Source: Eledone cirrhosa
Lineage: Eukaryota
Length of the DNA stretch: 64,000 nucleotides
Assembly: GCA_964016885.1 (NCBI GenBank)
Contig: OZ024740.1
Coordinates: 189,596,001 to 189,660,000 of the forward strand
Direction of reading: 5' to 3'
Shown here: positions 54,340 through 64,000 of the stretch, in pieces
Layout of the letters: each line of letters starts with the position of its first letter
Position numbering within the stretch: the stretch's first letter is position 1
Notes under the pieces: model-generated
Told to the model about the DNA's origin: nothing
The model's database searches: none
The model's input: only the letters and a program-made list of their open reading frames with translations
Position numbers and translations under genes: made by a program

Positions 54340-54780
54340 CTTGATAATTGATAACTGGAAAGTTACTGTCCTTGCATTCAACGAACATCAACTAGTGAAG
54401 AAGGTCAGATGTTACCAGCTAAATATAGTAATTGTTTCTTCAACAGATTTACGTGGCTCCGGTACTGTAGATTTGGAGGGCGGATGGAAACTTCACTATT
54501 CAAGTGTAGCACCAGAAAAAACTGCACAGGCAGGAGCGGGATATTCACAGAACTCCGGCTCTAAGAATGTGTTATGGACTGGACTCCATAAGAACGTAGG
54601 ATTTGCCTCTTGACGCTTTGGTTGAAAAAAAGGTCTCTGTCGTTGGTGCAAGTTTATGCACCACACAAAGAGCCCAAGTAGAAATCCTTCAAAATGATGT
54701 CATTGCAACGTAGTTGTAGTTAAGACTGAATCATATATCCTAATGGGAGACTTCAATGCACACATTGCCACAGATTACCT
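54340..54780 (+). mobile_element. RTE-clade LINE APE endonuclease relic
   Basis: NWKVT..LRGSGTVDLEGGWKLHYSSV..AQAGAG..LVQVYAP..ILMGDFNAHI. Confidence 0.85.
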
Positions 54781-56549
54781 GACGCAGAAATCCCAAAGAT
54801 GACCACTTTAATATAACAAATAATAGTTATTAACACCTTTTATATCGCTCACCCTGCTTATATTTATTTAATTTATTATCGACTACCGAACAAACGACTA
54901 TTGAACGAAAACGTCACCTTGGCGTGTAATCCTTGTTTATCTTACTCAGTAAAACCACATATAGCACACTTCAGATAGCCAATCCAATGACATATAATAG
55001 TTTTGTACTACAAATCACACATTCACCAATATATGTTTGAGGTAGGAAATGCTTGAAAAGTTACTGAGAGACCTAGTGTTTCATGTCAAACTACTTTTCA
55101 AACTGAATTCAACACTTGCTGGGAGTTATACTTTATAGCTCCTGTTTAGAAATCGATAGAATGTTCTAAAACATAAGACTAAAGTCACGTAGTACATACA
55201 TTTTAAAATCCACAAATAATTGGTTGATGTACACCTTAAGCAGAAATTCCTCTGATGTACAACATTACAAGAAGAAACGCAGCTACTGAACAAATGACAT
55301 CAATACCGAAAGAAAGGTATCAGCAAAAACAAGAAACACAACAGGGGCACACCGACATTTCTTAACTTCACCATTCACCAGATTCTTAACTCATAGAGAA
55401 TGTATTATAAAACGATAAATACATAATAACAAAAAGGGAATGTTTGGATCTAGCTCTCTAGTTGGCATCAGCCGACCACTTTTGTGAGACCCACATTTTG
55501 TCGAAGTACGGACGATCTTCTACGAGGTAGAATGTAAGTCAATTGTTCGAAACGTACTAGTCAAGTGTTACCTTTACAAGAGAACTATTTTCAGTTAATA
55601 CATCAATTGCAGCAAGACACCAGGCTGATTCTGAATTCTAGAACCGTTATTTGTTACAATAGGGGTTGCTGAAATAACATATTAGATACATACACGAACT
55701 GTGGGAGTAACCTATAGAAAGTTGGCGAGACAGTGAGCCTATGAGTCTACCTTCATGGTCTACCACCACCCTCGATAATTAAGTAGTGTGATGCAAAAGA
55801 AAAAGAAAGAAAATCAGTAATGAATAACTGCGAAGTTAATCGTTTATAGAGTACATGTAGTAAAGCTAATATTTTAAGTATATGTAACCGTAATTAGAGT
55901 TATGAATTGAAATTCGTGTCTTAGTTGCAGAACGAAAACAATCTAATGGAAATTATTATAAACGTTTGAATAAATGCCAGGAATTTATGAAGTAATTCCG
56001 AGTATAATTCTTTCTGATTTAGGCACAAGGCCTACACTTTTGAAGGAAGGGAAAGTCTATTAAATTGAACCTAGTGCATTACAGGTACTTTATTTGATCG
56101 ACTCCGCAAGGATGAAAGACAAATCTAACCTCAGCGGAAGTTGAACTGAACTGTCAATCCACAGCCCTTTCAAGTGCGAGAAAATTGCAACACATATGAC
56201 GTATAATAAGAGCATAAAATGTCCCTAGATGGCGAACAACCTATCTAAATTAGCTTATAATTCCCCACAACCAAGACAATTGGATTTTCAGTGAAATTTA
56301 ACATCAACTCTTGGAAATAATATTCCATATTTTGTAAGGAACGCTAAAACTTGCCACTAAGACTGGTTTTCTTGACTAGGAGATGATTTTCAATTTACTT
56401 AGAAATATTTGGTTACGCCATTCAAAACAAAGATCTACATAAATATTCTAAATCTGTGGCTGTTACTTCACTCGGATTATTCATTTTAAATCTCATTATG
56501 CATATACATACACTCACGTATACACATATATAGAAAGAGAGGGTGTGTG

Positions 56550-56619
56550 AATATATGTATAGCATACACATGCATAAACACGTATATGTATGTGTGTGCC
56601 TATATATATATATATATAT

Positions 56620-56684
<65 letters not shown>

Positions 56685-56707
56685 TATATATATATATATA
56701 TACACAA

Positions 56708-56784
<77 letters not shown>

Positions 56785-56832
56785 CACACACATACATATA
56801 CGTGTTTATGCATGTGTATGCTATACATATAT
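56550..56832. repeat. Perfect ~50-bp inverted repeat flanking a (TA)n array
   Basis: atatgtatagcatacacatgcataaacacgtatatgtatgtgtgtgcc and its exact reverse complement at 56783. Confidence 0.9.
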
Positions 56833-56909
56833 ATACATACACACACACACATATATTTGAATGTGTATATGTATAAACAATTATATCTGTATAAATATAT
56901 ATGTATGTA

Positions 56910-56980
<71 letters not shown>

Positions 56981-57794
56981 GTGTGTGTGTGTTTGTGTAT
57001 GCGTGTATTTGTGTGAGGGTATGCTTGTGTATGTGTGCGGGTGTATGATTATATATGAATTAACAAAAATAGATATGCAAACATACTGAAGCAGAACATT
57101 TTGTTAATGAATACTACTAAGTAAATTAAAAGTTAGGAATCCATCACTTTTAGTGTCAAATTACAGAATATAATGGAATTACATTGACTTGTGAAGATCC
57201 ACTGTTTGCTAATTCACAACAACGAAGCTGATTATTAAATCTAGGTTACTGAAAATCCTATAAGAGGTCCTTTAAAGTTGAGTAGAATTTGTGAATATGA
57301 AATTCTGAATGTTTATTAAGCTGCTGTGACTTGCAATGCAATTTTGAGAATCAGGCTATAAATCTCATTTCCATTTAAGCCAGTAATGGAGCTTTAAGAA
57401 AATAGAATGATTAAATGAAAGTTAAAATGTATGTGTTCATCATACAACCTATATTATCTAACATGAGACGTGTATAATAATGTTCCCTCAATTATTTTAT
57501 TTCTTGAATATATATGCAAGCCGTATTCACAGGGAAAAAAATATTTCTATAAAAATATTTACTGGCCTATATTTGAAAAGCAAAAGTAAGAAATATATTT
57601 TCATGAAAACATTTACAACTTCCAGAAAATGAAGTAGATGATGCAAAGCTTGATGTGGCATCTGATTGAAACAAACTGTGGAGTGACGGTAATGAATCCG
57701 CTTTAACTCGAAACCGTCGCGCAGGCTTAGGTCTTAGTAAATATACATCTTTATACATACCTGTATATAAACACACACACACGCATGCACACAA

Positions 57795-57825
<31 letters not shown>

Positions 57826-58130
57826 TACACATATACCCACATACACACACACACACACACACACACGCACGCATCTCGTATATAGTTGTTTTCGTTTAAG
57901 GCACAAGACGAACAGTTTCGGAGTAGGGAAAGTTGATTAAATTGAGCCCTGTGTATTACATGAACTTTATTTCATAGACTCCTTATGGATGAAAGGCTAA
58001 GCTAACATCAGCGGCATTTAATCTCAGAATGTAAAGGGACGTAACTACATGTCATAAAGCGTGTTGTCTGGTGTTCTAGCGATACTGCGAATCCACCGAC
58101 CCACATACATATCTAATATATATATATATA

Positions 58131-58330
58131 TTGGAAAAAGTATGACCCCGACCGCAGAGCTCAAGCCGTTTCGACGTCTATTTCTGGTCCAGAAATAGCC
58201 GTCGAAACGGCTTGAGCTCTGCCGTCGGGGCTATACTTTTTCCTATTTCCCACTCTGCTACCCTAGGTATTGAGTATTCTGGTGTGTTATGGTCCACTCC
58301 ACCTGGTTCCTTATCACAATTCCTTTGTTA
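58131..58330 (+). mobile_element. Fold-back family A copy 3
   Basis: Hairpin 58133-58243; GAAA-cggc-ttgagctct-gccg-TC at 58204-58226. Confidence 0.75.
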
Positions 58331-58348
58331 TATATATATATATTTATA

Positions 58349-58416
<68 letters not shown>

Positions 58417-58418
58417 TA

Positions 58419-58500
<82 letters not shown>

Positions 58501-58502
<2 letters not shown>

Positions 58503-58857
58503 GATCACAAAATATCGTTAGAGGTTATGTATACTTCGTATTGTGGTTAGTTTTAACCTACGGCGTTGTTTGACTCAACAAGAAGTTTTCGTAGGTGGCG
58601 AGTCTATGAGTTCTCTTGCATTCCTATGTAAGCTTATCTTGGAGTAATAATATTGAAAGAGTGAAAAATAACATGGTCAACTGTACAAAAAAGGGTTTTA
58701 TTTGCAGTCTTAACAATTGTTTCACTGATTAAGTTGTCTAAAAATTGCTGAACACTTGAAGCTGTGTTCAGCAATTTTTAGACAATTTAATCAGTGAAAC
58801 AATTGTTAAGACGGTAAATAAAACCCATTTTTGTATTGTTGACCATGTTATTCTTCA

Positions 58858-58864
<7 letters not shown>
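58501..58864 (-). mobile_element. Short fold-back copy of family C
   Basis: Reverse-complement homolog of ~31155-31410; ~100-bp arms 58655-58755/58764-58864, each with GAAACAATTGTT. Confidence 0.8.
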
Positions 58865-58925
<61 letters not shown>

Positions 58926-58929
58926 ACCT

Positions 58930-58970
<41 letters not shown>

Positions 58971-60635
58971 TAGTTATGTATGTGGATCGGTGGATTCACA
59001 GTGGATCAATCAGCTCAGCTTTCATGTCATGAATTAGTATGCAAGCGGTCGAGTATTCCAATGAAGCATGTACCCTTAACGTAATTCTCAAGCCTAATTA
59101 GAGTGATCAAATATAACAAGCGTCCCTACAGCTTCCGTCTGTATTCTTTCCTTCACAAAAATATTATAAAGACACTTGCCCAACATGCTATGCAGTGGTA
59201 TCGACAGCGGGACCTCATGATTGTGAAGCAAAGTATTTTAATCATTTGACCATGCATGCGTTCACAATATATGAAATAGACGAAGCGCTATTCGTAGGAT
59301 AAACATAATTATTCGGTAAACTAAAGACATGTGTGTTTAGTCTCGCTATGAAAACTAGAAATACGTTTAAATCTAGTTTTACTCTCGTTGACGAGTGTGA
59401 AAGAAAGATGCGACTAATTTCAACCTTCATTAAAGACTCAAGACAAATTATTTAAATCTATATAAAATATGAGCTTACAATATCTATTTCTTTAATGCCC
59501 ACATATAGTTTAGACTCCATATAAGGATTATTTAATTAAAATATTCACGTTACCAATATTTGCACTACTATGGACATTAAATATACTAATTAAGATATGC
59601 CAAAGTTTCTATGTACTATAAGTATTCCCAAGTATAAGTATCCTCAATTTGAAGAGAATGAGTAACTGATCATTGCTAAGGCATTAAACATAGTTGAAAT
59701 CTATCCTTTTGTAGCCACAATGTGGCTATCTTTCATTAAAATCTCCGTTTGTAAATTAACGTTGTTTTTCTGGTCATCTTAATCGTGTAGGGCTTTTATT
59801 AATTAATTATTACACGTTTTCCATGCTTACACAGTTAAGCAGATTATTCAGGACAATTCAGTTCCCAATACATAACTGTTAATGTTTTAGGAAAAATAAA
59901 AGCAATCAAATTCGGTTGGATTCGAACATAGAATAAGATTGAAACAAAATACTGCCCAGCAATTCACCAATTCTGAATAATCCAACATCGATTTTCAGTT
60001 TGTAAATGTTATTGACGTAAATACTATTTTCGAAGAATTTATATAGCAAATACAATTCCTCCTCATAAGAACATAACAGCTATATATCTCAATTTATAAT
60101 AGTGAAAAAATGTCACTACAGTAATTTCTTAGATTATATATAATGAATATAAATAAAAACAATTTTCTTCAACACTTTTTCTGCCAATAACTTTTCTTTC
60201 ACCAGCTCAGAGATTTCTTCATTTGTTTATAACATCGTATTACGGGGGCGTTTTTGTAGAAGTTTTCTCATTTGATAATCGTATATATCACTATGAGAAC
60301 GGATAATGGGTTTACTTAAAATTTCGTTTCTACAATCCTTTGGAAAGATGCTATATCAAACTCAACTACATACTTATCTTGACATTAGGCATTCAATGAA
60401 AGACAAGAACAATATATATTAAAATAAATAAATAAACAGATAAGTAGACAAATGGATAAAGAAAAAACAAATTTTTCGTCATCATACATTTATCGATTTC
60501 GGTGAAGAAAATCTGAAGAACAAGAAAAAGCAAAAAGGACAACAAAAGAATATATACTATTTCCAATTAGAGTAAAAGGGGTAATACAAGAAAAGGTGCG
60601 AAATTTAATATATATATATGTGAGTATATGAATAC

Positions 60636-60682
<47 letters not shown>

Positions 60683-60804
60683 TTATTTATTTCTTATGCC
60701 ACAAGTTCCTGAGGTTTATACATATATTATGTATATATCATACTAAATAATTATGTTTATGTACAAACTGGTATATATAAATACACACATACACACACAC
60801 ACAC

Positions 60805-60838
<34 letters not shown>

Positions 60839-60854
60839 GTGTATATATATATAT

Positions 60855-60942
<88 letters not shown>

Positions 60943-60989
60943 GTGTATATGTATATATATATATATGTGTATATATATATATATATATA

Positions 60990-61055
<66 letters not shown>

Positions 61056-61569
61056 AGTGTGTGTGTTGTGTGTGTGTGTGTGTGTGTTCGTGTGAACATA
61101 TACACGCACAGATTTATGCAGAAAACACACATGTGAACGATCTTAAATCACACCTCGATGTGTTATTCTTATAATTGTCTCGTAGTTGCAACAATGAATA
61201 CTATAGACTCTTATCAAATTTCGGGTGAATACCTTTTGTCAAGAAATTATTTTTTTGTTATATTTCTCACTTTTAGTCTTATTATACTGCACAAACATAC
61301 ATGTATACATATATACATACATAATACAAACATACATACATAGGTACATAGATACATGGTGGCTGCCAACTCGTTTTCGAGTACGGCCACTACTTTATAT
61401 CCATGTAGGAGAACCCCTATCGATGCGCTAAACAAGTGTGACTTTTTAGTCCAGCCAGCGACTTGAAAACTCTGGTACAAACACTACACATGTGACAATT
61501 ACTGACACATAGTGCTGGGCCCATGGTATCATGTAACGACAGGTGCAGAGAGAAATCCAGATATAAAGC

Positions 61570-61951
61570 AATGCCTGTGCCGTGAAGCTTTTATAGTGAG
61601 CAAAGGCACTGTACAAAGCCAGTCCCACTCTCTTAACCAAGATGATATTTACCAAAAAGAAGAACAAGTCAACATCATTGGATACCATCAGGGTTGCAGG
61701 TGTTATATCAGAGTTTTCCTCTCCTAGAATGCTGCCTTGACAAAGGCCTAGGGGTCATCTCTCCCGGTGATGTTCGATGGCCATTGACACTTAAGAGCTC
61801 CTTTGCCCTTTGACAGGTTTTGTTTTTAGTCCTGTAGGATGTCCAAAGTCTCCCTCCTCACCAAGAAACCTTGGTGGGGTTGCCAGTTTAGTCGCCAACG
61901 ACCCGACCATGAGAAATGTTGTACTGTTACCAGTAGCACCAACTGGTGACC
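61570..61951 (-). mobile_element. Repeat family, probably RTE-like 5' region (copy 2)
   Basis: Homology to 52815-53310. Confidence 0.6.
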
Positions 61952-62619
61952 TGACATAACATAGATACATACATATATACATACATACAAACATACATAC
62001 ATTTATACATACATAATACAAATATATATACATATATACATACCTGTATGCTTATATAGTATATTACTCCGCCGGTTGCCATGATGTATGTTCTAGTTAT
62101 TCAAGCAACGGAAGAGCCTGTATATTCGTGTATGTACCTGTGCATACCACAGACACGTGGACCCTTAAACTAATTCTCAGGGAGCTTCACTAGGACACTG
62201 TATTACAAGGCTTGCCTTTTGCATTGCAGGTATGGTACATCCGGTAGGTTTCCAAACAGTTTACATCACACAGTTTCCCTCACGATGAATGATATGACTT
62301 AAAACTATGGTAACTGACATTGACCAAATATGCAACTTAGTGGGAGGGATCGAAGATAGAAACTAATATTTACGAAGCAAACATCTTAGGGATTCAGGTA
62401 TGCTGTGTCCATCTGTCCATCCATACATATATACATCCATACATACATACATACATACATTCACAAATAGTTGGACACAACGGCATCAACGACACTGAAT
62501 CGTTGTAAAACAACGAGAAAGGTAAAAATAATATTTTTATTTCTAATTAGAGAAGCAACCGAAACTATAAATCGCATTTTACTTGGAGCTACAAACGCAA
62601 TAACGACCTATTCAATTAT

Positions 62620-63425
62620 TATAAAATGGCAAAAGGATTCCTCTGTTGACTCTATGAACAAAATGAAACTATACTGGGACCAACTTCACCCGGAGCTAAA
62701 TTATTTCACAGCCAAACAACTACGCCAACGAACAACATTTTTCGAAAGTAAAAATAACATACACATCATATAAATCAATAATTGTTTCTACTTTAGGCAC
62801 AAGGCCAGCAATTAATCGGTACCGGAAATTTTTACATCAACAGTAACATAGATCGCCTCTACATAAGTCGTAAACAGGAAGGCATACGTTTAATATAAGT
62901 TAGAATAACATTTGACTGTCGCTTTATATCCCACCGACAGCCTTTACGAACCACCAAACGTAGAAGCCAATCTATAGAATATGCCTGTCTACACGAGGAA
63001 AGAGAAATATTCTCTGCATGATAACCAAAACCTAACAACCAGCGACGTTGCGCAGTAATACCGTAATGAAACAATAGACGAAAAGCTACATGTTATCTAC
63101 AACAAATCATGTATGGCTATTTGCCCAGAAGAATTCAAATTGAGAGTAGTATTGATAAGCAATGTAGTGTATCTTGGACCAACAATCAGTATATTAGCTC
63201 TAGCGCTGAAGGATATGCTTCTGCAATCCAGGAACAAGAAATGACAATGACATACCTAATGCACAAAAGAGAAAGGGATGCAGGCAAAACACTTAGATGT
63301 AATAACAAATGAAGATTCTGCGGAATAAAGATTAAAGATTTTACCGCCATCATAAGAAGCTGTCCAAAGAAGACATCAAACTACTATCTAATTAGGAGGC
63401 ATGGTGTATTGGCCAAAACACTATT
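62620..63425 (+). mobile_element. R4/Dong-like LINE relic
   Basis: MKLYWDQLHPELNYFTAKQLRQ; YGYL..IDKQCSVSW..AEGYASAIQEQEM..RFC..IIRSCP..YYLIRRH..AK. Confidence 0.8.
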
Positions 63426-63649
63426 TCTGGTCCGTTATATTTGCATTTTATTGGGGTTTTGACTAACATGCAGCCAGTACTCCCGTGTTATGTATGCCCA
63501 TCATGTTCATTATTCTCAGGGCTATCCTTTCTACAGATTGTATAGTATTCTTTCATAACGTAAATATATGTTTACTTTGATATGCTTTTTATACATAAAG
63601 ATGTAGTATCTGACTTCATATACAACTCTATTATTATTAGTATTACAGT

Positions 63650-64000
63650 AACTTCGATAGAGTTCAGCAAAGAACTAGCGTTAGAGAAAAATAGAAAGGA
63701 GGGGGAGCTGGTAGATAAGTTAGACGAGGCTATTTGTAGTGGCATCGCAACTGACGTGCTAGCGGCGAGAATGGCATTAGACCATTTCTTCAATGCCAAA
63801 CACGAAGATTGCATTGTCAGAGCTAAGGCGCGTGCGCTGAGAAACGAGGGAACTAAAGCTGTTCGATGAGCCCGCGTGGCGGAGGCGCAGCGTGGTAATA
63901 AAACCACAATTCTGTCTTTGGCGGACCGAGACGGACACGAGATAAGCGATTACAAGCGGATGTGTAAGGCCTTTCGCCAGCACTTTGCTCGGTTGTTCGG
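63650..64000 (+). mobile_element. L1/Tx1-like LINE ORF2 fragment (EN-RT linker), runs off window
   Basis: SKELALEK..CIVRAKARALRNEG..*ARVAEAQRGNKTTILSLADRDG..MCKAFRQHFARLF. Confidence 0.7.

Overview
AT-rich, repeat-dominated animal genomic DNA. The SINE families, (TA)n/(CA)n density and Penelope content suggest an octopus or other coleoid cephalopod (inference). I found no intact protein-coding gene, and most ORF-track entries are microsatellite translations. The dominant unannotated signal is a dense set of Penelope-like (PLE) element ends inserted into (TA)n arrays. These carry at least 13 complete or near-complete minimal type I hammerhead ribozyme (HHR) motifs from several unrelated families, mostly with palindromic stem III. 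They include a ~525-bp tandem unit with an HHR in each copy (retrozyme-like), a U3-A8 core variant, and several short fold-back elements whose apex lies inside HHR stem II. Also present: PLE RT and GIY-YIG relics; RTE, R4/Dong and L1/Tx1 LINE relics; a hAT (Buster/Charlie-type) relic; Helitron pieces; three SINE families with a strong minus-strand bias; two candidate HDV-like ribozymes at an RTE-like 5' end; and tentative traces of two decayed plus-strand Ig-superfamily membrane-protein genes. All structures were read by eye and repeat boundaries are approximate.
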